A stretch of 64,000 bases of DNA from an uncultured Methanosarcinales archaeon (GCA_964344235.1 CAYFMJ010000001.1:224001-288000); one strand, 5' to 3'; counted from the first letter of the stretch, positions 46,942 to 56,809 are shown. Notes: generated by a model from the sequence alone, not told the origin. Made by a program: numbers and translations.

Positions 46942-47926
46942 ATGCAAGAACAAACACAAACATCTGAACCAAGAGTTACAGAAGATATTGGAGGTGATTT
47001 ATCTAGCGTGAGCAAGATAGACCAAGATATTCATTGTCGGCATAGATGTATCAAAGAATAAGTATGCGAACTGTCAAATACCCTTAAACCTCTTCATGGG
47101 TTTTGGTTATAACCCGGATTTAGCGAGATTTGGTGAGAGACTTGATATCCTAAACTTTTTCTCTTGGATGAAAAGGCTTCAGAGATCATGGGGTTCCACA
47201 TGGACTATCTTTGATGCGAGCGGTTACGCAATAGTTAACAAAGCTCCACAGAAGAAGATAACGAAATTAGGTAGTAAACCAACGGGAGAACAGATTCTTG
47301 ATGCATTAATAAGTGAACAGGAGAGACCAAAACGGGCAGAAGTAATGAGAAACTGTGAACTGCGATCCCGATACCTACAGAAGTTGGTAAGCGTTGTTGG
47401 AGTCCAGGCTGATTACATTGATTCTCGGGAGGTGTTTAGAAGTTCCCAGCAATATAGAGCAGCATTAGATGTGGCCCTGGAATTTGTAGAGCGTCTAAAA
47501 GCCGAGAGCCCGGATCTTGTCCGTAGACTTTCCCCTCCAAATCCAAACCCTGCCAGCAAGCTGTATCTGCCTCTCGAAGTCGCTGAAGCAATTTACCTGT
47601 GGGAAATTGGAAAAGTGGCAGGAAAATTTGGGCCGACAGCTGAATTATACTTTGATCAAGCAATTCTTGGGGCTTTTGAGGACAACGCTCAACCATACGA
47701 AACATTTCGTTGCCCTTTTGGTCCGAGAAGACCAGGATACTTGAGTGACAGAAACGTAATCTGGACGCGCTCACCTGACTCATTTGTAGAAGAGATTTTA
47801 CAGACTGATTCAGAATATGGTTCTTTTGTTGCTCGGTATTTGGATCCGTTTAGGGAGCAAGGGGAACCGGTTAAAAGTTGTGCCATAAGAATGAGGGATA
47901 AAATGACGCTCATAGAGGTACTTTAA
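46942..47926 (+). CDS. Class Ic aaRS-like / cyclodipeptide-synthase-like protein, frameshifted near the 5' end (track ORF 47096-47926)
   Basis: By-eye element order resembles the TyrRS catalytic domain (LFMGF, TIFDASGYAIVN, GVQADYIDSRE, YLPLEVAEAIYL, KFGP, NVIWTRSPDSF); no HIGH or KMSKS; RBS plus ATG 46942 lies in another frame. Confidence 0.45.
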
Positions 47927-47927
47927 A

Positions 47928-48608
47928 ATGAAAAAGTACAAAACTATGGGCATCCTGGGTGGTATGGGGCCCGAGGCTACTGCTGAACTCTATCTTCGGA
48001 TAGTGAGAATCTTTCAGAGGAAATATGGAGCCAAGTATGATGATGATTTTCCTGAAATTATTATCATCAACTTACCAATTCCCGATGTTGTTGAAGGCTT
48101 TACTGCCGAGCAAGAAATTAAAAAGATGCTTCTTGATGGCGTCAAAAAGCTAGAGGGAGCGGGAGCAGATTTTATTGCTATTCCTTGTAATACCGTTACG
48201 TATTATTTAGATGAGATACAAGAATCTGTTTCAATTCCCCTCTTGAGCATTTTAGAAGAGACTGCTAAAGAAGTTAAGAAGCAGGGCTTTCTAAAAATCG
48301 GTGTTCTTGGTACAGAGTTGACTATCAATAAGAACATTTATGGAGACACTCTTTGTAATGAAGAGCTAATCTACCCTACGCTCGAAGAGCAAAGGGGCAC
48401 TACGAGGGTAATAATGAACATTCTCTCAGGAGAAAAGAAGCTCGAGGATAAATGTTTTTTACTGAGTGTGATTAAAAACCTGAACGTTCGGGGGGCCGAG
48501 AAAGTTATCTTGGGCTGTACAGAGTTACCTCTGTTAGTTAATGGAGGGGATTTTTTTGACACTATTGAAATTCTTGCTAGGGCATGTGTTAGGGAGGTGA
48601 TGCTCTAA
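47928..48608 (+). CDS. Aspartate/glutamate racemase family (RacX/YgeA-like)
   Basis: GILGGMGPEAT, IPCNT, GVLGT, ILGCTELP; both catalytic Cys present. Confidence 0.92.
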   Translation: MKKYKTMGILGGMGPEATAELYLRIVRIFQRKYGAKYDDDFPEIIIINLPIPDVVEGFTAEQEIKKMLLDGVKKLEGAGADFIAIPCNTVTYYLDEIQESVSIPLLSILEETAKEVKKQGFLKIGVLGTELTINKNIYGDTLCNEELIYPTLEEQRGTTRVIMNILSGEKKLEDKCFLLSVIKNLNVRGAEKVILGCTELPLLVNGGDFFDTIEILARACVREVML

Positions 48609-48673
48609 AGCTTTTGTTTTTCGTTCCCACAAAATTATATAAACAATAAAGTAATCATGGAGGATAATATACA

Positions 48674-49948
48674 ATGAAATTACAATTAGCGAAAGGGGTA
48701 GATGACGTTTCTCCGGAAGAGAAGATTCTGAAGAATAAAGTAGTGAATATTATTACGAACACGTTTGAGAGATATGGCTTCGCGCCATTGGAAACTCCTG
48801 CTATTGAGAGATACGAAACACTTGCAGCAAAATATGGGGCGGGTGTAGGGAGTGATGTGCTGAAAGAAACGTTCAAATTAACAGATCAAGGGAAGCGAAA
48901 GCTTGGTTTACGGTTTGAGCTAACGACTTCTTTAGCGAGATATGTGGCAATGAACCCAACGTTAAAGATGCCATTTAAGCGATATGAAGTTGGTAAAGTC
49001 TTCCGAGATGGACCCGTAAAACTGGGCAGGGTACGAGAATTCTGGCAATGTGATGCTGATACGATCGGAACGTCTTCAATGATTGCAGAGGCTGAACAGA
49101 TTGCAATTATTAGTGAAGTATTTACGACGCTTGGTTTTGCATATGTGATTAACATTAATAATAGAAAAATTCTGAATGGGATTTTGAATCAAGCTGGTAT
49201 TGAAAAGAAGAAAGAAGCGATTATTGCCATTGATAAGTTGGATAAAATAGGGGCAGCGGGAGTTAGGGATGAGTTGAAGAAAGAGGGTTATAGTAAAAAG
49301 CAAATTGATGGCGTTTTAGCTCTTGTTTCTAAAAGGATGAGAATAACTGAGTTACGTAAAAAGTTACGTGATGAAGAAGGTGTTGCCGGGTTGAATGAGT
49401 TACGGGAACTACAAACATATTTGAAGAGACTGTGTGTAAAGAATGTGCAATTTGATGTATCGATGGCGAGGGGTCAGGCATATTATACCGGAACGGTGAT
49501 TGAAGCGTTTTTCAAAAAGAGTTCCATTACCTCTTCTATTGCTGGCGGTGGTCGGTATGATGACATGGTTGGTGGTTTTTTGGGAGGAGGTAGAGTTGTT
49601 CCTGCTGTGGGAATTTCGTTTGGTATAACGCCTATTATGGAGCAACTCAAATTGCAGGGGGATGCTTCGGTAAAAACTCCAGCTCGTGTATTGGTGATTC
49701 CTATTAATACTGTTGAGGAATCTTTACAAATTGCCAAACAGTTGCGCGAAGCGAGTGTACCTACAGATTTTGCGTTAGGAAAGAAAGGTGTTTCAAAGAA
49801 TTTACAGTATGCTAATGCACTTGGTATTCCGTATGTTGTGATTGTTGGGCCTGATGAAGTGAAGAAGAACAAGGTGTTATTGCGGGATATGAAAACTGGT
49901 TCTGAAAGTTTGTTGAGTGTTTCGGGAGTGGTGAAGAAATTAGGATGA
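48674..49948 (+). CDS. hisS: Histidyl-tRNA synthetase
   Basis: LRFELT, VFRDGPVKLGRVREFWQCD, RGQAYYTG, GGGRYD, anticodon-binding domain. Confidence 0.96.
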   Translation: MKLQLAKGVDDVSPEEKILKNKVVNIITNTFERYGFAPLETPAIERYETLAAKYGAGVGSDVLKETFKLTDQGKRKLGLRFELTTSLARYVAMNPTLKMPFKRYEVGKVFRDGPVKLGRVREFWQCDADTIGTSSMIAEAEQIAIISEVFTTLGFAYVININNRKILNGILNQAGIEKKKEAIIAIDKLDKIGAAGVRDELKKEGYSKKQIDGVLALVSKRMRITELRKKLRDEEGVAGLNELRELQTYLKRLCVKNVQFDVSMARGQAYYTGTVIEAFFKKSSITSSIAGGGRYDDMVGGFLGGGRVVPAVGISFGITPIMEQLKLQGDASVKTPARVLVIPINTVEESLQIAKQLREASVPTDFALGKKGVSKNLQYANALGIPYVVIVGPDEVKKNKVLLRDMKTGSESLLSVSGVVKKLG

Positions 49949-50112
49949 ATCAGCAACAGAAATTAAAAGCGATCGGATATGTGTTCCTACTTATTTTAGT
50001 GTTAAATTTAGTGTTATTTGCGTTGAAGTTAATTACGACAATTGTGTTCTGGGCGATTATTTTAGTGGGTGCGTTGTTTGTGTATAAGATTCTCCCAAGG
50101 TTAAAGAAGTGA
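49945..50112 (+). CDS. Small two-TM protein (55 aa, missing from ORF track)
   Basis: ATGA overlap with the hisS stop; MNQQQKLKAIGYVFLLILVLNLVLFALK...PRLKK. Confidence 0.6.
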   Translation: MNQQQKLKAIGYVFLLILVLNLVLFALKLITTIVFWAIILVGALFVYKILPRLKK

Positions 50113-50158
50113 TTTTTTGTGGGATAAATATTTAATTAGGCACTAGTTTTCTCGCTAT

Positions 50159-50950
50159 ATGATCCGTGAAGAAAGATTGCTTGCTGTACAACGATGGCTT
50201 CAAAGCTATCCTGAAGTAATTTCTTTTCAAGAATGGAGCGGCCAACAATCTGTCCCTCTTGATAGGTTAGCATCAGCGATTAGACAAGCAGAAATAAATG
50301 GGATTATTGAGCCAGGACAAAGCTGTATTGATTTGGGGTCGAGCGTTGGAAATGCTGTTTTTCTCTTTGCTGCTGCGGGTTACTCTACGACGGGGTATGA
50401 GCTCTCAGAAGAGGCGATTACTATTGCACGTGAAAGAGGTGAATTGATACTTGAAGCAGAAGAGAGAGGCTTAGAGGTTGCAGAATTTTCATTTTTTCAT
50501 CAAAGTTATTTTCCGAGGGAATATATTGATTTTAGGAGTAGTGGTGATTCTTTAGCGGTAAGATTAGAGGCTGAGATCGAGGGGGGTTTAGTCTTTGACA
50601 AGCCGGGGGTGATAACTCCTGAACAGCTCGCTCATTACGACATTTTTTACACATTTCCATACGATGTGCAGATGCCTTCTATATTTGAACTGTTTGATTT
50701 ATATGCTAATGATGATGCAGTTTTGTTTGCTATAGAACATCAGAAAGATCATGTTGTTTATGATGCTCTTCGTGCATTTGGTGGTAGGGTCGTTCGTTTC
50801 TGCGACCCTGATATATTTGCAGGAGATAAAACAGCACAGGCTGAGATTCAGAAAAAAGCTGCCAAATTTGTGTGGCATAATCTCCGTTGTTATGTTAAGA
50901 AAGATTTTGACTATTCGAAAGCGGAAGAACGCGCCTTAAGATTGTTATAA
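50159..50950 (+). CDS. Class I SAM-dependent methyltransferase
   Basis: IDLGSSVG motif I, TGYELS motif II. Confidence 0.75.
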   Translation: MIREERLLAVQRWLQSYPEVISFQEWSGQQSVPLDRLASAIRQAEINGIIEPGQSCIDLGSSVGNAVFLFAAAGYSTTGYELSEEAITIARERGELILEAEERGLEVAEFSFFHQSYFPREYIDFRSSGDSLAVRLEAEIEGGLVFDKPGVITPEQLAHYDIFYTFPYDVQMPSIFELFDLYANDDAVLFAIEHQKDHVVYDALRAFGGRVVRFCDPDIFAGDKTAQAEIQKKAAKFVWHNLRCYVKKDFDYSKAEERALRLL

Positions 50951-50958
50951 TTCGGAAT

Positions 50959-51870
50959 TCACCATTCATCATCTTCATGTCGTGTGTAGACCGTACAGCC
51001 GTCTTTTGTTACAATCATAGAATGTTCAAATTGCGCTACCATCCCGCCAGACACTTCTACCAATGGAGGGTATTCTTTCACAATACCAGAGCGGATGAGC
51101 TCTCGTAAACCAAGTGCAGTTGTTCCTTTACCAAATTTGCGGGTAAGCCAGCGGGTGGTGAATGGTAGACCATTCAGTGGTTTTACGAAGTCAAGAATTT
51201 TACGTGCATGAGGGGAACGAACACCTTTCTCTTTCTCTACCATAAAGATGGTTGCTTTCCCCTGCTCTTTAATCATCCCCTGGCCGTCTGTGACGAATGG
51301 TTCAATGGCAATTTGCCAGTTTTCTTGAAGCGTTGTTTGATTTTTGCTGTCAAATGATGGAATGGAAACGCCAGCATGCACAATATATGGTTCGATTGTA
51401 TGGCCAGATAGGTTTTTTACAGTTGTTAGGTTATGATTTTCTGCTTCTGTGATTTGGGCTTTGCCTAATTCTGTTATTTTAACCCCCGCTTGTACTTTTT
51501 CAATTGCTGCTTTCAACGCGTTTTGTGATGCTTTGATTAAATCAGCATGTTTGTTAGTGTTACCAACTTCAACCGTCATTGCATTATCTGCGATGTAGCC
51601 ATCAATGTGGACTCCAATGTCTATCTTTACGAGGTCGCCTTCTTTAAGCGTAGTAGTGTCATCCTCTTCAGGGCAGAAGTGGGCAGCGGTATCGTTGATG
51701 GCCATTTGAGCCCAGGCTATTTGGCCGCCTAGTTCGATGATGCGGTTTTCGCAGAAATCCATGACTTCTAAACAGCTAGCTCCTGGAATGAACTTAGCGG
51801 CGCCTTCTCTTCGTACCTGTGCAGCTACTTTTCCCGCTTTAAGGATTTTGTTAAGCGTTTCTTGGTTCAT
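50959..51870 (-). CDS. map: Methionine aminopeptidase type II
   Basis: AAHF, KIDIGVHIDGYIADNA, LSGH, AIEPF, QFEH. Confidence 0.95.
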   Translation of the reverse strand: MNQETLNKILKAGKVAAQVRREGAAKFIPGASCLEVMDFCENRIIELGGQIAWAQMAINDTAAHFCPEEDDTTTLKEGDLVKIDIGVHIDGYIADNAMTVEVGNTNKHADLIKASQNALKAAIEKVQAGVKITELGKAQITEAENHNLTTVKNLSGHTIEPYIVHAGVSIPSFDSKNQTTLQENWQIAIEPFVTDGQGMIKEQGKATIFMVEKEKGVRSPHARKILDFVKPLNGLPFTTRWLTRKFGKGTTALGLRELIRSGIVKEYPPLVEVSGGMVAQFEHSMIVTKDGCTVYTRHEDDEW

Positions 51871-51905
51871 TAATGAGTAGAATTGAGTCGGAATTATAAA
51901 AGTGT

Positions 51906-52688
51906 TTATGGAAAGAGGTGATGATATAGTTGTTGTGCTTTTACATACATGTCTCTAGGATTATCTACGGCAATAAAGTCAACTACGGGAATAACGGAAG
52001 AGTCATTACCTTCTGGGTCGTCTCCGAAATAGACGATTCCATCAAGGCTAGTATGTAATTGTTCGCTGAGGTATTTCGCAGCGGTTCCTTTGTCGTGAGG
52101 AGTTATGTCAATAGTAGAGGAGCCACCGGGTTCGATATTGCCCCTAAGGCTTTGTGTTGCGAATCTCTGCTGCAATTGGGTGGACCATGCTCGCCTTCTT
52201 GCTTTCTCTGGGTCAAATTGATTTTTTAGATCTCTCGGAGCATTATGGCCAAGAAAGGCTACTTGAAAACCATAACCGTTTGTGATTTGTTGCCCGTAGG
52301 CTGACTCCTCCGAAAAGCCGTTCTCGTCAAGAAATGAACGTGCTACTTGTTGTATGTATCTTCTTTCTTCTGCAGTGAACCCTGCGTCATATATTGGTTC
52401 TAGTCCGTCGGGACCATATGCAATGCACACTGCCCCATTGTTTGGGAGAATATAGTGGAAAATTGGGGGGGTTGCGGCAAGAAGTGGTTCGGTCACTGTT
52501 GCTTGGAGGTAGCGTGTGTTTCTACCGCTAATGAATGCGAATGGAACGTCGTGGTTTGAGAATTTTCTGATAAGTTCTATTACTTCTGGAGAGAGTGGGT
52601 GGTCTCGCTCAGCAGCACAGTGGTCGACGTCAGTTAATATGATTTGTTTTGGAGTTCTAACGTCTTCTACTCGCTCTACACGTGCCAT
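51906..52688 (-). CDS. HAD-IIB hydrolase, phosphomannomutase-like
   Basis: TDVD, ISGR, GGSSTIDITPHDKG, YFGDD..GND; start set at ATG 52688 because the longer track ORF runs through the 5S gene. Confidence 0.78.
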   Translation of the reverse strand: MARVERVEDVRTPKQIILTDVDHCAAERDHPLSPEVIELIRKFSNHDVPFAFISGRNTRYLQATVTEPLLAATPPIFHYILPNNGAVCIAYGPDGLEPIYDAGFTAEERRYIQQVARSFLDENGFSEESAYGQQITNGYGFQVAFLGHNAPRDLKNQFDPEKARRRAWSTQLQQRFATQSLRGNIEPGGSSTIDITPHDKGTAAKYLSEQLHTSLDGIVYFGDDPEGNDSSVIPVVDFIAVDNPRDMYVKAQQLYHHLFP

Positions 52689-52773
52689 CTTCTCTTTTTG
52701 GGTTGTTGTTCTCTTAAACAGAATTAAAGAAATAACCATAATCTTTATAAATAGATGCGGGGGTGAATGTGAT

Positions 52774-52882
52774 GGACGGCCAGAGGGATGGAAATCACCT
52801 AGACTCGTTTCGAACCTAGAAGTTAAGGCCATTTCCGTGTTGGAGTGTACTGCATTTTGTGGGAAATCCGACAAGCTGTCCC
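52774..52882 (+). rRNA. rrf: 5S rRNA (stand-alone)
   Basis: Helix I GGACGGC/GCTGTCC; ACTCGTTTCGAAC, AGAAGTTAAG, GTACTG, GGGAAA hallmarks; TTTATAAATA at 52744-52753. Confidence 0.88.
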
Positions 52883-53572
52883 CTTATTTTTTAGTGAGAT
52901 GCTTGCTAATTTCTTCTTTAGTTCTCTGAACTGGTCTTCATTTCGCGCTGTTGCGGCATAACTTTCAATAATTAAGTTAGTAACTCTCTTTTTTCTTGGG
53001 TGTTTAAATCCAATTTTCTCCCTAAAAGCAATGAAATTCTCCTTTCCAGTTATAGATAATAGAAAGCTCTGGTCCCTTTTGCTTGATCTATGGTTTCTTA
53101 TTATTTTGTTTGACCTTATCCCCAAATTGAGTAGAACCTGCTTGACTTGAGATAGGATTTTATAGGAATTGGAGGAAAGAGTAATGTTCCTTTTCCATTC
53201 GTTAGTTTTTCTATTTAGTCTTAGGGCGGCACATCCCTCATCATCATAAAAAGTACGAAGAAACTCTCTTAACATTCTGTCCGATTCTAAGAACGCTTTA
53301 GGGATACTGATGTTGTGGCTGTTGTAACTTTGTAGATACTTTTTCAAGTGATTGACTATATGCTTGCCGTATACTGCCACATATGGTGTTCCACTGTTCA
53401 TTTTGCCTCCGGACATTCCAGGATTACCAAATTGATTTTTTATATCCAACTTAAACTCTTCAATCAGTGTAGGGCAAGTGTTGAAATACATGATTTGTCG
53501 GTCTGATAAATGGCCATCCCCGCAAATTCTCGCGACAATTCTTACTAGTTGCATCTCTTTCATCCGTAACAT
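52823..53572 (-). CDS. LAGLIDADG-family protein (intein/DOD-like type), free-standing
   Basis: IVARICGDG and FLRTFYDDEG, IPKAF, LLNLGI; no intein splicing motifs seen. Confidence 0.82.
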   Translation of the reverse strand: MLRMKEMQLVRIVARICGDGHLSDRQIMYFNTCPTLIEEFKLDIKNQFGNPGMSGGKMNSGTPYVAVYGKHIVNHLKKYLQSYNSHNISIPKAFLESDRMLREFLRTFYDDEGCAALRLNRKTNEWKRNITLSSNSYKILSQVKQVLLNLGIRSNKIIRNHRSSKRDQSFLLSITGKENFIAFREKIGFKHPRKKRVTNLIIESYAATARNEDQFRELKKKLASISLKNKGTACRISHKMQYTPTRKWP

Positions 53573-53586
53573 TTGGGGGTATACTT

Positions 53587-53625
53587 GATTTATATTTTCT
53601 ACCTATGGTTGTCCAGTGGCTAGTG
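53587..53625 (-). promoter_or_regulatory. CACTAGCCACTGGACAA-N14-TATAAATC upstream element, copy 2
   Basis: Plus strand TTGTCCAGTGGCTAGTG at 53609-53625 and GATTTATA at 53587-53594. Confidence 0.75.
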
Positions 53626-53692
53626 CCTTGGGCTAATTATTATCTATCTTCCATAAGCCTTTTAAACGATTCTTGGGCTATTTTGTGTATAG

Positions 53693-54433
53693 ATGAAAGC
53701 AATTATTCTTGCAGGTGGCTATGGTACGAGGTTAGGTGAAATCACTAAAGAGAAAGCAAAACAGCTGCTGAAAGTAGGGGACAAATTTCTTATTGATTAT
53801 GTTGTAGAGAAAGTTCTTGCATTACCTGAAGTGAGTGATGTGTTTATTGTGACAAATGCCAAATTCTATGTTGATTTTTATGAATGGTTTCATGGTAAAC
53901 AGCTTGACAAAGTGAAAGTACTTAATGATGGGACGTGGACGAAAGAGGAACGGCTAGGTTCAGTTGGGGATTTGCAGTTTGTTATTGACAAAGAAACAAT
54001 TGATGATGATTTGTTAGTTGTTGGTGGAGATAATTTGTTTGAGGACAATCTAGATACGTTTCTGGAATTCTTTAAGAGGAAAGGTTCAGCAATTATGGTA
54101 CATGATGTGCAATCGCTTGAAACGGCGAAGCAGTTAGGGGTTGTTGAAGTTGGTGAAGGAGATAAAATTATTTCTTTTGTTGAGAAGCCAGAGCATCCTG
54201 CATCGACGTTAGCTTCAACATTGATTTATGGTATTAGGAAAGAGCACTTACCGTTGATTAAAGAAGCTATTGCGGCAGGATTTCATGATCGAGCAGGAGA
54301 TTTCATTAAGTTTCTTTCTGAGAGAGAACCGATGTTTGCGTTGCCTCTTTCAGGAAGATGGTTTGATATTGGAACTGTTGAACAATTAGAGTTAGCTAAT
54401 ACTGTGTACGGGGAGAGGAACAATGAACATTAG
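53693..54433 (+). CDS. Sugar-phosphate nucleotidyltransferase
   Basis: AIILAGGYGTRL, GGDN, FVEKP, WFDIGT. Confidence 0.9.
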   Translation: MKAIILAGGYGTRLGEITKEKAKQLLKVGDKFLIDYVVEKVLALPEVSDVFIVTNAKFYVDFYEWFHGKQLDKVKVLNDGTWTKEERLGSVGDLQFVIDKETIDDDLLVVGGDNLFEDNLDTFLEFFKRKGSAIMVHDVQSLETAKQLGVVEVGEGDKIISFVEKPEHPASTLASTLIYGIRKEHLPLIKEAIAAGFHDRAGDFIKFLSEREPMFALPLSGRWFDIGTVEQLELANTVYGERNNEH

Positions 54434-55724
54434 TGTATTTGGGGCAGGATATGTTGGTTTGGTCACGGGAGCGTGTTTAGCTAACCTCGGCCATACTGTT
54501 TTGTGTGTGGATATTGACGCAGCAAAAATTGCAATGGTGCAACGAGGAGAAATTCCATTTTATGAGCCTGGCTTGAAAGAATTAGTTGCAGCAAATACTG
54601 AAAGGGGCAGGTTGGCATTTACGACGGATGTTGAGGAGGGGGTGCAGTTTGGAGACGTAGTGTTTAATTGTGTTGGAACACCAAGTGGAGAAGATGGTAA
54701 AGCTGATCTGCAGTACGTGTTTTCTGTGGCGGAAAGTGTTGGAAGATTTGCAGTAGGTAAAAAGTTTCTTGTGAACAAAAGTACTGTGCCACCAGGTACT
54801 GCAGCGAAGTGTATGGAAAAAATAAAAACTGTTAATGCTAGGTCGGAGGTTAAGGTTGTTTCGAACCCAGAGTTTTTGGCTGAGGGGAAAGCGGTGCATG
54901 ACTTTAAACACCCCGATAAAATTGTTGTTGGTGCTCGTGATAGGGGTGCGTATGCAGTGATGCGGCGTGTCTATACTGGGCGAGTTCGGACATATATCCC
55001 CTTCCTAGAAACTGATTGGGAGACGGCAGAGATGATTAAGTATGCTAACAACTCTTTTCTGGCAACGAAGATCAGTTTCATTAATGAAATTGCTGGCATT
55101 TGTGACGTTGTGGGAGCAGATGTCAAGTTAGTAGCGCAAGCAATGGGTTTGGATTATCGAATTAGTCCGAAGTTTTTGAATGCCGGTGTTGGCTATGGGG
55201 GGAGTTGTTTCCCAAAGGATGTTCGAGCGTTGATTGCTCGTGCTGCAGAGGAAGGGTTTAATGCAGATTTGTTGAAAGTAGTTGATTCTCGGAATAGCTC
55301 GCAGAAGAAAGTGTTGTTTGGGAAAGTGGTCGAGCGGTTTAATGAGTTGTCAGGCAAAACGTTTAGCGTGTGGGGTTTATCATTTAAACCAAAAACAAGT
55401 GATATTAGAGAAGCCGTGTCTCTTGTGTTAATTGAGAAGTTACTAGGTGTGGGAGCTATAGTGAAAGTGTATGATCCTATTGCTATGGATGAAGTAAAGA
55501 AAGTGTTTGGTGAGCGGATTAGGTATTGCGATTCGTTGCAGGATTCAGTTGTAGGGAGTTCGGGTATTTTGTTGGTTACAGAGTGGGATGAGTTTCGAAG
55601 TGTTAATTTTACTGAACTTAGTAATTTAATGGCTGAGAAAGTGCTATTTGATGGTAGAAATATTTATGAGCCTGCGCTTATCCACGAAGAAGGTTTTGAA
55701 TATTTCGGAGTAGGGAGAAAGTGA
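54423..55724 (+). CDS. ugd: UDP-glucose/GDP-mannose dehydrogenase family (Ugd-like)
   Basis: GAGYVG, CVGTP, KSTVPPGT, SNPEFL, KYANN, GYGGSCFPKD. Confidence 0.9.
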   Translation: MNISVFGAGYVGLVTGACLANLGHTVLCVDIDAAKIAMVQRGEIPFYEPGLKELVAANTERGRLAFTTDVEEGVQFGDVVFNCVGTPSGEDGKADLQYVFSVAESVGRFAVGKKFLVNKSTVPPGTAAKCMEKIKTVNARSEVKVVSNPEFLAEGKAVHDFKHPDKIVVGARDRGAYAVMRRVYTGRVRTYIPFLETDWETAEMIKYANNSFLATKISFINEIAGICDVVGADVKLVAQAMGLDYRISPKFLNAGVGYGGSCFPKDVRALIARAAEEGFNADLLKVVDSRNSSQKKVLFGKVVERFNELSGKTFSVWGLSFKPKTSDIREAVSLVLIEKLLGVGAIVKVYDPIAMDEVKKVFGERIRYCDSLQDSVVGSSGILLVTEWDEFRSVNFTELSNLMAEKVLFDGRNIYEPALIHEEGFEYFGVGRK

Positions 55725-56809
55725 AGGTTCTTATCACGGGAGGAGCGGGATTTATTGGAAGTCATCTAGCAAGGGCATTGTTGTGGCAGGGCTATGACGT
55801 CGTTGCGGTTGATAATTTTAACTTTTATTATCCTAGAAAATGTAAAGAGTTTAATGTTGATTTAATACGACTAGCGGCGGGGAATGAGCCGCAGTGGTTT
55901 TCTCGGGATGATTTGAGAGATCCGTTTGCTCTTCTGAAACAGTATTTTGAAAAAGGTTTTGGGAGTGTTGTGAGCTCTGTTGGGACATTTGTGTTTTATG
56001 AAATGGATTTTGCTGATAATGATGCATTGGCTGGTGTTTTTGGGAAACATTCGTTTGATGCAATTGTTCATTTAGGGGCAATGGGCGGGGTGCCGTATTC
56101 AACAAAAGACCCACGATTGTACACAGAGGTGAATGTAGTGGGGACTGTTAACTTGTTGACCCTTGCGAAAGATCAGGGTGTAGCGAAGTTTTTATTTGCA
56201 TCATCTTCATCAGTCTATGGAAATAGGGAAAAAGAAAAAGTGTTGGAAACTGATGATGTAACAAATGCGATGTCGGTATATGGAGCAAGTAAAGTTGCAG
56301 GGGAAGTGTTATGTCATGCATTTCACCAGATCTATGGTTTAAAGGTAGGAGTAATACGAATATTTGGACCCGTTTATGGTCCATTGCAGAGGCCGTATGG
56401 CATGCTGCATCAAAGGGCAATTAATTATGTATTTAATGAAAAGCGGTTGTCCATCTACGGGAGGAATGGTTTAGAGACTGCAAAAGATTCAACGTATATT
56501 GATGATGAAGTGCGGGGATTTCTACAGTGTTTACAGTCAGATTTCGATTTTGAAATCTTTAATTTAGGGACGAGTCACCCTTTACCGATTCGAGTTTGGT
56601 TTGATGCAATTACTAAGGCGTCAGGAAAAGAAGTGTTATATGACGTTGTTGAAGTGGACAAAGCAGATGTTATCTCAAGTGCTGATATTGGTAAAGCTCG
56701 TGAGATATTGGGTTATGAACCACAAGTGAGCATGGAAGAAGGTGTTCGCAGACAGGTAGAAGTGTTTAAAACAATGCCGTTATGGTATCAACAGATGGAG
56801 AAAGTGTAG
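55721..56809 (+). CDS. NAD-dependent epimerase/dehydratase
   Basis: TGGAGFIG, ASSSSVYG, YGASK. Confidence 0.9.
   Translation: MKVLITGGAGFIGSHLARALLWQGYDVVAVDNFNFYYPRKCKEFNVDLIRLAAGNEPQWFSRDDLRDPFALLKQYFEKGFGSVVSSVGTFVFYEMDFADNDALAGVFGKHSFDAIVHLGAMGGVPYSTKDPRLYTEVNVVGTVNLLTLAKDQGVAKFLFASSSSVYGNREKEKVLETDDVTNAMSVYGASKVAGEVLCHAFHQIYGLKVGVIRIFGPVYGPLQRPYGMLHQRAINYVFNEKRLSIYGRNGLETAKDSTYIDDEVRGFLQCLQSDFDFEIFNLGTSHPLPIRVWFDAITKASGKEVLYDVVEVDKADVISSADIGKAREILGYEPQVSMEEGVRRQVEVFKTMPLWYQQMEKV

Noticed and set aside
52689-52874. N-terminal extension of the HAD ORF
   Set aside because: Antisense to the 5S gene and its promoter; the HAD motif starts soon after ATG 52688
53602-53658. tRNA 5'-half-like spacing overlapping the 17-mer (D-loop-like AGTGGCTA)
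   Set aside because: D stem mismatched, no T arm or 3' half, and the other copy does not fit the pattern
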